Shown here: positions 33,181 to 48,082 of the stretch, in pieces
Numbering within the stretch: the stretch's first letter is position 1
How the letters are laid out: every line of letters begins with the position of its first letter
DNA from: the human T2T-CHM13v2.0 reference genome, Homo sapiens
Reading direction: 5' to 3' (one strand)
DNA length: 64,000 nucleotides
NCBI RefSeq assembly: GCF_009914755.1
Contig: NC_060945.1
Notes under the pieces: model-generated
Told to the model about the DNA's origin: nothing
Databases searched by the model: none
The model's input: only the letters and a program-made list of their open reading frames with translations
Translations under genes and position numbers: made by a program

Positions 33181-33560
33181 TGTATCAGTAAGGGCATTGA
33201 TTCTGCGACCTTAACAGAGATCGGAATAACAGTGGCTTAAGGAAGAGTGGAGTGGATTTCTCTCTCCTGTAAATCTGGCCTGGTGGGTGGTAAGGAGGAT
33301 CCACGTCGCCGAGGCCCAGATGTGTGTGGCTCTTTGAGTGCCCCGTTCTTTCCCAGTCTCATAACTGCTCTCCACCTCCTCCACATCCAGCCACTGGGAA
33401 GCAGGACAAAGTTAGTTAAGGGCACGTTCTTTTCTTTCCAAGGATTACTTGGACATTACAGTCTTCACTTCCATGCCTACTGGCCAGGGCTTAGTCACAC
33501 AACCTTGCTAGCTGCAAGGGAGTCTGGGAAATGCAGCTGCTATTCTCAGAGGCCATGTCC
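33181..33560. mobile_element. Older MLT1-type fragment in the KCNE1 3'UTR
   Basis: aataacagtggcttaa...cttagtcacacaacc...ctagctgcaagggagtctgggaaatgcag. Confidence 0.55.
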
Positions 33561-33800
33561 TCAGGGATTCTGCTAAATTTAGCAAGGCAGGGACAGATAT
33601 GGGGGAACCACTGACAGTCTATCACAAAAGAACGTGATTTTAGAGAAACAGTGAAACAGTGTCATTAACCCACCCCTCACCCCTTACAACAGCCAAAAAG
33701 AAATCCAGTGGTATCCATCACAATAAAGAGTATGAGAGGAATGTGATTAGAAAATCAGGTTGCCAGGCAGGATGTGTCCAGTTTTAGCCAGTGGTGGGGT

Positions 33801-34241
<441 letters not shown>

Positions 34242-35408
34242 TTAAAGGAAAAATGCAACCCCAAATCAAAAAGTACGTATTGGCCAAAACCCACACGTAC
34301 GCACACACACGTATACAATTTTAAAATCTCAGGTGAGAGGGGTGAGCTGACACTCCACAGGCCATGGCGTGTGCCATCTTGGGTCTGTGCAATGCCTTCT
34401 CTTGATAGATGAATGGATACATTGATTCCCTTCTATTTCCATCCACCACTCCAATCTCCACCCCTATAGGTGACCATCAGAATGAGCTTCTTTAATATGC
34501 ATTGCTGCATATTGTGGCGTATGGGGTCGCATGTGTGCATTTTGGTTTACCTAAATGGTATCAGGTCATCCAACTCATTCAGTCTCCTTCTTTTTCCTCA
34601 TGACTGTGCTTTTGTGGCTCACTTGCGGTGCTGGGTGTGTGCATTCCCTTGCTTCCAATGTTTGTATACAACCCATGGTGAACACCCACTTCTTTTCTCT
34701 GCCTTCTCCCCCAGAGATGGACACTGCTGTGGCTGCTGACTCCATAAACAAGGGGGAGACAAATATCCCCATCCTTGACCTCCTATGGACCTAAAAAAAA
34801 TCACGCATCTCATACAACTAGTTCCTGGCGGCTTATGCAAGACTAGTCAGACTGGTTGCCCTTGGAAGCAACGTGCAATTGGTGGTCTGTTTCACCACAG
34901 AGCATCTCTCTATGAACAGTTACATTCATCTGAATGAAAAATCTATGCTGTCACGTGGTGGACTTCAGAATGTCTAGGGAGATTTCACAGAGAGCTCCCC
35001 TCGAAGAGGCCAGTGCTGTAGCTTGTGCTATGTTTTTCCCTCCCTGCCCACACACAGGCACACACACGTACACAATCTTAAAACCTCAGGTGAGAGGGGT
35101 GAGCTCACATGCTCCCTAGTCCATGGTATGTGCCGTCTTGGGTCTACACAATGCCCTCTCTTGATTGAGCAATGGTACATGGATTGCCTTTTATTTCCAT
35201 TCACTACTCTCTGGCTATGCAGAAAGTGACATTTTCCCTATCGTTTAATCTTGATATCACTGTCCCTGTATACTCAGAGTGGGCCTGGGAATTGGAAAAA
35301 TTGTCTCCAAGTAGCTGTAAGATTCTGTCAGGGGTTTGGTTTGCTGTGGAAACCCCATCTAGGTGACCTTGAGATCATTGGTAAGCTGAAAAAAAACAGG
35401 TCTTGTTT

Positions 35409-35439
<31 letters not shown>

Positions 35440-35579
35440 GGTTTGAGCAAATGCCAGCCTCTACCCCCAGTTCCTGCTGGGAAACAAAAGCTCCGAGGCC
35501 AAGTTGTTGATGTCACATTCCAAACTCAAGCCAGAGGGGGCCACTGGGAGCTTATCACACGTAAGTGCTCCCACTCAGT

Positions 35580-35878
35580 TCTTTCTTTTTCTGTTTTATT
35601 GAGACAGGGTCTCACTCTTGTCACTCAGGCTGGAGTACAGTGGCACAATCTTGGCTCACTGCAGCCTCAACCTCCTGGACTCAGGTGATCCTCCTACCCT
35701 ACCCTCCAGAGTAGATGGGACTATAGGTATGCACCACCATGACTGGCTAATTTTCGTATTTTTTGCAGAGGTGAGGTTGCCCTATGTTGCCGAGGCTGGT
35801 CTTGAACTCCTGGGCTTACAGGATCCGCCCACCTCGGCCCCCCAAATTGCTGGGATTACAGGCATGAGCCACCCTGCT
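35580..35878 (-). mobile_element. AluJ-like
   Basis: Reverse-complement Alu dimer. Confidence 0.9.
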
Positions 35879-38164
35879 TGTCCCCTGCTCACTTCTTAGG
35901 AGCTTAAAGTAGCTGAGTAGAACATGGCCTGGAGTAGAACATGGCCTCGGGGGGACTGTTGTAACTACAGGTGAAGGATGTATTTGGGAAGACAGTTTAT
36001 GGCCAGAATCGCTATGGAAAGACAAATTCCAACACTTGCCGGGACGGCGCTGTCTTTCCCAGCCAGGATGGGGACTGTGACATTGCACATCATCTTGTGT
36101 AGGACAAATAACCTCAGAAACCTAGCTCCTCTCCAGCTTAGACCCAGAGCTATTTCTTCATTGAATTGGTTTAATTGTAAAACATACCCTGAACCCAGCA
36201 CCAGCTGAAGACATCTGGCACCTTTCCGAGGCCCCTCTTCCTCTACCCATCTCTGAACTGTGGCTGTGTCTCAGAGTTCTGTTACCTGCTCTCTTCTCTT
36301 CCTACTCTCCTCTCTCCCAGGGTGACTGCACCTGCTCCAGGCTCACCTGCATGGCCATGACCCAGGGCTCTCTTTAAGCTCCAGAGCCATGCGTCCAGTG
36401 ACCTGCTAAGGAGATGGTTCCCTTTGGCCATCCCCAGGCTCCTTAAAGTTAACACTCCACCCTGTCCTGTCAGAGACTGGCCCCTGCCTCACTGAGCTGA
36501 GTGGCAACACCACTCACTCCAAAATCTGCATCACTCTCACTGATGACTGCAATCTCATCATGGCAGTTCCCATCTTGAAGGCCTTCCTTGGCTCCTCCCT
36601 GCCTTCAGGGTGAAACTCCTGGTCTTCTGCATGGATACAGGCCCTAAATTTGAGAGTCTATGCATCCCTCTCCAATTCCACTGTTGCCACTGTGCCCAGA
36701 CCCTATGCTCCATGGTCCCTGCTGGCCCCAGAGCCTCTACACATTGTGCGTCTCCAGCTCAGACTGCGCCTTCTTCTTGGCCCATGAAACTTCTCAGCAA
36801 TGCCTACTCATGCTTAAAATTCAGCCCAGCTCTCACCTCCTTCCCGAAGCCTGCTCTGATACATGGGGCTGGATCAGCACTGTGCACACCATGACCCCTG
36901 CTAACCTCATCATGGTCAGGATCTCCAGGCCCCTTATCCCATCCCTGCCCTGCCATCCAGCCTGGTGCTGGGCACACAACCACACAGGAGCTGCCCATGA
37001 ATGTTTATCGAATAGATGCCACCAGAACTTAATACCTTTTGACCAGTGGGGCTTGACTCTTTATAACCTGCTTACTCCAATGAACAGATGCCAATGAGCT
37101 GTCTCCGAAGCTCTAACTGACTCCCTTTTCCAGAAGGGCAGTCATCTCCCACCCTGAACCACAGTCTCAGAAGGCAGGAGTGAGGAGCAGAAAGAGCTCA
37201 GATTTTGGGATTCCACTGCCGCCACAGGTTTGGATTCTAGCTTTGCTACTTCCTGGCCACATGATCCTGGACAGTTTCCTTAGAATTGTTCAGTCAAGTT
37301 TTTTTTTTTTTTCTTTCCAAAGTAGCGAGAAACACCACTGACATTTGCGGGCTGTTGAATCCCTGAGCAGGTGTGTAGAGTGGCTGACAGCATGTGGCAC
37401 ATGGCAGGTGCACACTCAGTGGTCCTGGGTAGGAGTTTATTGGTTTTTCTACCTCATTAAGAAATTGCTGCCCAAGCATTTGGGGCTTTGGGGGTTTAGG
37501 CTTGGCTTTCCTGTGGCTGACCATGGCGGCTGTCTTCTCTACGTTGTGGAGAGATCAGACATGAATGAGAATCAAAGATTGTTTGTGGCCTTTCCTGGTT
37601 TCTAGGCTTTTGAGTCTGTGCAGAGATCTGTCAGGGGTTAAGCTGCCTGGGCTCAAGAGATTCAGGTCCTTGTTCTTGTACAAAACTAGCATTTAGCCCC
37701 ATTCTAACCATCGGGGTAGGCAGGAATTGTTTGGTAACAGATCCAAACTCAACGCTCAACCATTTCTTTTTAAATGACCCGAAACCACTTATGAATGCAT
37801 AAAACCCTGCCCCAGAAAACAGACAGACCTGGACCTGATACTATGATGTAATTTCCAAAAACCCAGAATGATCACAATTGGCAAATAATTCTGCCACCAA
37901 TCACTGTTAGAGAGTCTTTCCAACTTCATGACCATGTGAGGGTAGAATTATGGCAGGCGACATTTGAAGATCCACAAGTTAATTGGTTTAAAACTGATAA
38001 ATCCATACAGCAAATTAAGAGTTACATCTGCAATTAATTCATAATAGTGAGTTCACTGAGAAGGCTTGTTACTTAGATCCAGATGGACTTTCTTATGTCC
38101 AAAGAAGCAACCAAAAACATCTGCTTTGAAAACCTCCCAAGCCCAAACCATCCTCAGCCTTGTT

Positions 38165-38765
<601 letters not shown>

Positions 38766-39464
38766 GTGGTGTGGGACCCTAGGAAAATGACCAATGGCCT
38801 TTTGTGCTGCAGGGTACCTGGAAGAATTTTGCAAAAATATAGAAATATGATCTCACTGACTGTTTTTCAAATCTTGTTTGTTTTTTACATTTTCTTTTTT
38901 GGCCTTGTTTGCCTCTGATACAGTCTGAAAAGAAATTGCAGAAAGAAACTCTCCAGTCTTCAGTGTAACCTCAGCTGTCCCCAGTCTCACACACGCTGGT
39001 GCCTTCAATTACAATTCTCCTGTCAGAGCTTAAGTCCGGCTAATTAACTGCCTTTCAAATGACAACCCTATATTTTTAAAGAATTTTTTAAAAACTTCAC
39101 ATGTAATTTATTGCATTGCTTTTGCTAAATGTCCTCCACACCCCCAATGCCTGCTAGGCTGGGTCGCCATGGTATTTTTGTGTAACGAGTCTCAAAATGA
39201 GTTTGGCAATGTCTTCGTAATAGTCAGCATGGTGTAAATGACAGTCTGGATCTGCATGTCATTTGGGATTTTATATCAGATTCTCTAGGTTCATTTCTAT
39301 GATACGTGATGCCAAAGCACCCACATGCTCCGTGGCTGCACTTTCAGACAGTTGGACTCAAACAGAGTGGGAGAGCAACTGATCCAACAATCTGAATTTT
39401 CAGAAAACGGGGCTCCTTAGAGATGAGATGGCTTGCCAAAAGTAGTCTCTCCTATCAGAAGTAC

Positions 39465-39780
39465 ATATCCTCAGCAAACTAACACAGGAGCAGAAAACCA
39501 AACACCGCATATTCTCACTTATAAGTGGGAGCTGAACAGTGAGAACACATGGACACAGGGAGGGGAACAACACACACTGGGGCTTGTCGGGGAAAGGTGG
39601 GTGGGGAAGAGCATTAGGGAAAAGAGCTAATGCATGCTGGGCTTAACACCTAGATGATGGGTTGACAGGTGCCGCAAACCATCATGGCACATGTTTATGT
39701 CTGTAACAAACCTGCACATCCTGCACATGTTCCCTGGAACTTAAAAAAAAAAAAAAAGAAACAAAAACAACCAACCAAAA
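39465..39780 (+). mobile_element. L1PA 3' end with poly(A)
   Basis: cagaaaaccaaacaccgcatattctcacttataagtgggagctgaac...cctgcacatg...aacttaaaaaaa. Confidence 0.9.
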
Positions 39781-41877
39781 ATATATCTAAAATGTCATCT
39801 GTTAGCAATTGACTCACATATTATTAGTATAGAAAAGAGCAATTCCCAGGACCTTGTACAGAGGAAGCAGGCTCAAAACAGCTGAGGAATAGGCCACTTT
39901 TATCAGATAGCATTGGATCCATGCACATGGGGGTTGGCTTCTTACCTAAATATGCCATCAGAAATCATCCTTGTTCCTGTCCCCTCAGCTTTTGTAGCTT
40001 GCACAGTGAGTAAAGGGATGGTGGAGGCAGAAATGGTAGGAGCCAGAGATGTTCAAAATCCATCTGATGCTTGGCCTGTGCTGAACGTTCTCAAACTGTG
40101 GCCTTGTCAGGCCCAGAAAGTGGGGTGGATTCCTGGCCGTTTCTGCTTCTGCCTGGGTGTGAGATGTGAATGCTGCCCCTACTGAAGGGTAGTGCAATTT
40201 TTTTTTTTTCTTAAAAGCTTAGACCCAGAGCTGCTAATCTACTGGAAATCACTCAGGACACAGGGCTCTGGGCAGCTGCGCTGAGCGAGACACCTGCAAA
40301 TGGAGACCAACGGGGCCTCCAGCACCCTGGAGTTCCGTAAGGCCCCCAGCTGAACCCAGGGGAGAAGAGGGCAGTGGGTGGCGCCTCGCTGCTCTGGGCA
40401 CACACCACCTCTTCTGACTTCTCCCACGTGCTCCGGCTGTGTCGCCTATCAGCACTGATAACAGCCTGGAAGCTTTCAGAACAGAAGCTTTCCCAGCATG
40501 GGAAACTCTCATTCTTTCTTTTTTTTAATTTTCCAAAGCCTTTATTTCTAAGACCAACTGTGGCCTACCCGTGCATAAACTGGGCAGGCTGTAGACAGCA
40601 GGCTTGCCAAGTAAATACTACAGCCTTCCTCCCAATATTGAGCCCTGTCCCATTGATCCTGCAGGGGAGATGTGTAGGGCATTTGTTCACGGGGAGGCCA
40701 CAAGTTTGGGCCTCTCATCACTGTGACCTCAGACCCCTGTTGAGTGTGTCGTAAACAGAGGAGCCGTTCTTCAAGCCCCCTGCCCTGAGTGCACCCCTCT
40801 CATTCTTTTGTTATTATTAGCAAATTCCCCCAGTTCCTGATCATTCTTTCTTAAGCCTTTAGTGACTGGGTAAGGTTCTTGTGGCTGACTCCAAGCTTTC
40901 TTCTAAAAGGAATAGATTCTAGGGGTGAGTAGAGGAGACAGGAATGTCGGAGTCAGAGCTCAGGAATCTGGGTTCCAGCCCCAGGTCAATCCTAGATAAA
41001 CTAGAGGGCTCCTTAACTTACTTCCCTAGGTTGACTCTGGGTTTTTTTTATCACGCTCGACAGGACTCCTTATGCATTTCTTCGAAAGAGCATCCAGTCT
41101 TAACATCATCATTTGGCCTCATTTGGTTTAAGAAGCAGAATTAGGGTAAAAGCAATGATGGATAAGCCTCATTTTGGTGAATATGATCTTATTGAGACAA
41201 GAATTCTGAGTCAATTGTCCTTGGAACCAACTGTCTATTGTTTTCATCTTTATCACAACACTATGTCCAAATTTTGGAAACATGTTTCCCTCCTAGCAGA
41301 AAAGAAGCCACCCAGGGCCACCAGATGCTTCCAGACACTTGGCTGGCTTTGTCTGGTCTTCTATCCTTCCCCTATCCCCAGAGTCAGTGGGTACTAAGGT
41401 GGCCAGGGTCGCTCAAGGAATCAGAATGCAACCGTCCAGAGGCCCAGAATCAGACTGTCCTCTCTGATTAGGAAAGTGTTTCCTGCCACCTCCCAGGGGG
41501 ATGTGGGGTGTGGCTTGAGTCTGGTGCTTTTACCAGGAGCTTCCCAGACCTCTCTATGGGTGATGGAGAGAGAGTCTGGGGTGTGAAGGATGGAAATATA
41601 AACACTGAATACTCAGAGAGTCAGGCCAGCGAGCTGGTGAGGAGACTCCATCAAACTCAATATGAAAACATGGGTGGGCGTTTGGGGATGGATAATGAAT
41701 GACAGCTGAAGTCACACATCAGGAGGGAAGGAAGGACTCTCATCTTCAGCAAATGACATAAATCTGGGGAGCCTCAGTTTCCTCACCTGAACAGTGAGAA
41801 TGATGGAATCTACCCTGAGTATATATCCCAGGTCTTTGTGCAGCATGGAATCAGCCCCCAGCCTTCCTAGCTCTTGC

Positions 41878-42177
41878 TTTATTTTATTTTATTTTAGAGA
41901 CCAAGCCTCGCTCTGTCACTCAGGCTGGAGTGCAGTGGCGCGATCTTGACTTACTACAACCTCCTCCGCCTCCTGGGTTCAAGTGATTCTCCTGCCTCAG
42001 CCTCCTAAGTAGTTGGGTTTACAGGTGCATGCCACTATGCCTGGCTAATTTTTGTATTTTTAGTAGAGACGGGGTTTCACCATGTTGCCCAGGCTCAACA
42101 TGCCTGGGCTGAAGCGATCCGCCTGCCTTGGCCTCCCAAAGTGCTAGGATTACAGGTGTGAGCCACCGTGCCTGGCC
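41878..42177 (-). mobile_element. AluS/J
   Basis: Reverse-complement Alu with a (TTTTA)n tail. Confidence 0.9.
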
Positions 42178-42699
42178 TCTTGTTTTATGTTTGCTGTTCT
42201 CGCTGTAGGTGAGGCATTCCCACCATATTCCCTTGTTAAAATCCTACTGGCCCTTCAAATGCCAGCTCATATCCACACTGTGTCTGACCCTGATCCAGAA
42301 TCCTCTCCCCTTCTTTGACCCCTTGTATATATCTTTCCTACAGTGCTGGTCATATTCTAACTTCTAATCATTTGTAGACTTATCTGGGCATTTTCTCCCA
42401 GGAGGTCCCAAAGGACAGAGACCATCTTGCTCACCTTTGTCCCCACTCCAGCACCCAGAATGTTTCAATAAGGTTTTCCTGAATTAAGTGGGAAGGAAAG
42501 TATTAGATTCAATACCACTACAATGGGAAAGTGAGTGAATAATTGATAAAGTATACTATGCTCTGGAAATAGATTATTGAGTAATCAGAGGAAAACCTCT
42601 TGCAATGTAGTATGTTTTTATATATTAAATTTTATATTATTTATTTATATTTATATTATTAACATATTTTTGTTATTCATTTTGTTTATTAAGATTTAC

Positions 42700-42746
42700 T
42701 CTCTCTATATATATATGTGTGTGTGTGTGCGCGTGTGTGTGTGTGT
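42700..42746 (+). repeat. (CT)(TA)(TG)n microsatellite
   Basis: ctctctctatatatatatgtgtgtgtgtgtgcgcgtgtgtgtgtgtgt. Confidence 0.9.
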
Positions 42747-43204
42747 AACCCACCTTATTTCTAAAAAAAAATTTTGGCAGTCAGTGACTATTAATAGTAG
42801 AGCACAAACTCTTAACCTTTTTTTCCTCCCGCTTTCCCAGAGTCCTTATCACCTTCTAATATAATAAAGTTTTCTTAACTGTGATGTTGATTGTTCAACG
42901 TTTGTCTTTCCCACCAAAATGTAAGCTATTGCGGGCAGGGATCTTTGCATGGGTTGTTCTTCATTGCATCCCAGGCCACTAGAACAGTGTGTGGCATATG
43001 GCAGGAGTGCAATAAACATTCAGCGAATGCAGGCAGGCATGCGTGAACGCATGAATAATAAGTGTTCCTTTCAACTACCAGAAAGAGCGAAACCACACAG
43101 GAGCTGTCTCACCCTCAGAGATTTAAGACGACAGCAATGAGTCCCTCTGATGTCTTCTAAGTGAGCTTTATTTTCAAAACAAATCATTTTCCAATAACCT
43201 ATCA

Positions 43205-43441
<237 letters not shown>

Positions 43442-43949
43442 TTAATGGAGCTGGAACCTCCTTCTTAATCTAAATGTGGACTCAAATGAACTGTCAATTC
43501 ACATAGAGCAATGTGACAAATCCGGGGGGCAAAGCATTATGCAATAGATTGGGCACATGCGCACGTCTCTGCTACTTAGTCAACTTTCTTCTAAAGTTTC
43601 CCACTTTTCCCATTACCACAATCAAGATCAGATATCAGTAATATTCTCCGCGTCCCATGCCCTTTCCTCAGGGAGATGCCAAGGCCCAAGAGCTGGTCCC
43701 CCCAAAAAGCTGAAGGTCTTTGAAAAAAAGTGGGGACTCAGGTCCCGTGAGTGGTTTTGATTTTCTTTTCTTTTGAAAGTTGCATGTAAGTGTTTTCCAA
43801 ATACTATACAAGAATGTCTATAACTTAATAATGGAGGAATGTTTTCGTTGTTCTGTGTTGGTGAGATGCTTTCCTATGCGTTTGTTGTATAAGTAAGTGA
43901 GAATGGCAGAAGGAAAGGAGGGGAGAGGCTGATCATCCTATCCCGTCTC

Positions 43950-44420
43950 CCACTCTGGGGGTCTCGGCGCTTCCAGCCTGAAGCGCGCCCGCTGCGCGTC
44001 CGGAGACGCAGGTTCCAGGAGCCCCCCGGGGTTGCCCGACTAGGCCACTTGCGCCCCGGAAGAGGGCCGCGGAGGTGGGAGCCCCTAACTTACCCGGGTC
44101 TGAGATGCCGAGAGAGCCGGGTGTGGAGCTGAGTGCGCGCCTGCCGAGCGCTGAGGCCACAGACAGCCCCGCCCCGGGGCGGCACCTTCTAAGGGCCTGA
44201 GCGCTGCACAGGGATGGGGGCGGGCGGGGCCTCCCAGAGCCGCCAGGCGTCCCGCCCCACTCCGCCCACACGCACGGCCCAGCCCAGGGTTCCCCGGGAC
44301 CACCCCAGACCAGCCCCGGCCCCCCCGGGTCCTCCACACTCTGCACCCCAGACCAACACCAACGCGCGTAGGGAAGCGTTTTAGATCCTGTCGGAGAGGC
44401 TCAAGGCCGGCAGAAGGTTT
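43950..44420 (-). promoter_or_regulatory. KCNE1: CpG island / proximal KCNE1 promoter with an alternative first exon ending at donor 44094
   Basis: Very GC- and CpG-rich, with several GC boxes (ccccgcccc, gggcgggcgggg, ccgccc). There is a consensus minus-strand donor CCGG|gtaagt at 44094/44093, upstream of the 43.2-kb exon. Confidence 0.8.
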
Positions 44421-45203
44421 GCATTAGGATCGAGAAAGCCGACCAACGGACAGATCTACCTACCTTCCTGCGGGAGTTTGAGGTTGCCAGGGGGGAAGCC
44501 ACTGCAGCCAGGAGAAAGGCCGTCTGGGAACCACCCCACCCTTGGACGTGCGGGCCTTCAAATATCTCTGAACATAATCCTCCAAAGACCGCTCAACCTC
44601 CGCTCCCGACGACTCTTTCTAGCCTCGTCCCGCACCCCAGCTGTGGCCACACACCTATTAGGCAAACATTTATGAAGCACCCACTTACTGGGTGTGCAGC
44701 CCTGAGCTGGGGGTGCAGCTGTGGACCAGACAGGAGGGGGCCCGGAGCGGCAGACAGTCGCTGGAGGCACCCGAGCCTTGGCGAGCACACCCTAACGTCC
44801 TTGGGGCCTTTCAGCCCGAGCCGTCCTTGTCCAGAGAGCAAACCATGCAATGATGCAGGTGACTTCCCAGCAAATTTCATAGCGTTGCTCACCAGCTTGG
44901 CAGGCAAGAGGAGAAGGGGCAGTCCCCAAAAGACAATCCCATGAACCTTCTAGGGAATGACGTCCAGGCTCCAGGCTCCTGCTCTGCAGGCGGGTCGCAG
45001 AGGCAGGTTCCTGACCTAGGACTAGAAGACATTCTCTAGGGTCACTGCCTCCATGGTCTTCCTTGGCAGGTCACTTCTTCCTGGGCTTCGACCTCGGTGT
45101 TCTCATGGGGACGAGGGTGATTGGAGGCCCTCCAAGGGGTGCACCGATGTGTCCTGTGCACCAGGCAGAACCAGCATTGCCCTACAGTGTGGGTGCAAAA
45201 TGA

Positions 45204-45679
<476 letters not shown>

Positions 45680-45783
45680 TAGAATCTAAACATCCAAAAA
45701 TAGAAAATATAGGTAATTAAATTGTAGTACATATGATATTATTCTACATAGTAGAATATTATGTGGAGTCCTTAAAATGTTTA

Positions 45784-46112
<329 letters not shown>

Positions 46113-46359
46113 CAACAGGGGAGATCTTTATATTATCATGTTACGTGAAAAATACAAAAACAGAAAACAAAACAAAAACCCCACAAAACTCAAGGCCTTA
46201 AATTGTAAATATGAGATGCCAGGCATTATTCCCAAAATCTATAAGGAAGCACACCAACCACCATGTTAACATTGTCTATTAGTGGTAGGCCTATTGGAGA
46301 TTTATTATCTTATTTATGCTACTTCATGTTTTCCTTCCTTTTTTGTTTTGCAACAACTC

Positions 46360-46734
46360 TGTATTAGTCTGTTCTCACACTGTTATAAAGAACTGCCTGA
46401 AACTGGGTAATTTATAAAGGAAAAAGTCTTAATTGATTCACAGTTCAGCATGGCTGAGGCCTCAGGAACTTACAATCATGGCCGAAGGGGAAGCAAACAT
46501 GTCCTTCTTTACATGGCAGCAGGAGAGAGAAGTGCAGAGCAAAGTGGAAGGAAAAGCCCCGTATAAAACCATCAGATCTCGTGAGAACTCACTCATTATC
46601 ATGAAAACAGCATGGAAGAACCGCCTCCATGATCCAATCACTTCCCACAAAGTCCCTCCTGCAACATGTGGGGATTACAATTTGGATTACAATTCAAGAT
46701 GAGATTTGGGTGGGGACACAGCCAAACCATATCA
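46360..46734 (-). mobile_element. THE1 (MaLR) solo LTR
   Basis: tgtattagtc...ccaaaccatatca with a perfect 5-bp TSD aactc. Confidence 0.92.
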
Positions 46735-47796
46735 AACTCTATGTACTTTAATATTTAAGGAAAATTACATAAACTTTATCTGAAAATTCCCTGGATTCTT
46801 CTCCTCAAGGTCATGCTGTACATATGCAGGATCCTCCTGCCTACATCTCCAAATGGATAATGGATTGAAGCAAAATGTTTGTCCCACCAAACATTGGTGT
46901 GTAACCCTTTTAGTAACAATTCATAGACCAGGTAAACATGTGTGGAGCAGCCCAGATCAGCTGGAGGGAGCATTATTCTCATCAGAGTGTGGAACAATGC
47001 CTACCCATCTGTCAGCTGGTTATGGTGAAGACAGTATAAATGGAAGCACTGTCAGAAACTAAAGGCTTATGTAAGTGATGCTGTTCTTATGTCTCCTCTT
47101 CCTCTCTATCCCACATATGATGAATTATTTTATTATGATGATGCTGTAGTTGTTATTTTCTATTTGAAATGAAAAGACATGATTACAGATGAGAAAGAGT
47201 GTATTTTGTTATCCTTGATGCACTTGAAATGGTTTCCTCTTTTTTTTTTCCTGTTTTCTTCTTCTTCCTTCTCTCTTCACTCTTTCATTCTTGCCTCTCT
47301 CCATTTTATAGGTATGATTGATCTTGAAATAATGATGATAACAGAATGATAGCCCATATAGTCCTTGGGTCACTTCTGTCTCTATTTCTCTTTCTTCCCT
47401 CCTCTTTTTTTCTTGGTCCTTTTGCTAGATGGGTTGCGAGCATGGCTCCCTGCCCCTCTCAGTGGGTTTATCTTCATTTTCCATGAGCTCCCACCTCACT
47501 GCATGTGACATCAAAGCCAAAGCTCCAGCCACTTCTCATCCTTTCTTAGGAAAATCTCAAGTCTTAACTTGAAAGTTGAATGTCCTGCTTTTGTTCCTAA
47601 CTCTGCTCACAGGATAGTGGAAGAAGAAAGGCTCAGCCTGTTACCAGAAAGAACAGATCTGCAGTGTAACCCATCTAGGATGAAGGGTCATGTGGACAGT
47701 TCTTCACTCTTCCCTCTGGCTGCCCTTCAGTTGGTGTCCAGATGCCCCTGTGTTAGCCTGGGGGCATTCCTTGCCCTTTGGCCCCTCTTTTGTTGC

Positions 47797-48082
47797 CTTT
47801 TTTTTTTCTTAGACAAGGTCTAACTCCGCTGCCCAGGCTGGAGTGCAGTGGTGCGATCATTGCTCATTGCAACCTCGAACTCCTGGCTCAAGACATTCTC
47901 CCCGCTCAGCCTTGTGAGTAGCTGGAACTACAGTTGTACACCACCATGCCTTGGCTAATTTAAAAAGTCTTTTTGTAGGGATGGGAGTCTCAGGCTGGTC
48001 TTGAACTTCTGGCCTCCAGTGATCCTCCTGCCTTGGCCTCCCAAAGTTTTGGGATTACAGGCGTGAGCCATTGTGCCCTGCC
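47797..48082 (-). mobile_element. AluJ-like
   Basis: Reverse-complement, diverged Alu. Confidence 0.85.

Noticed and set aside
43933-44346. 137-aa Gly/Pro/Ala-rich ORF
   Set aside because: It is stop-poor CpG-island sequence, begins at a non-ATG codon and runs across the splice donor.
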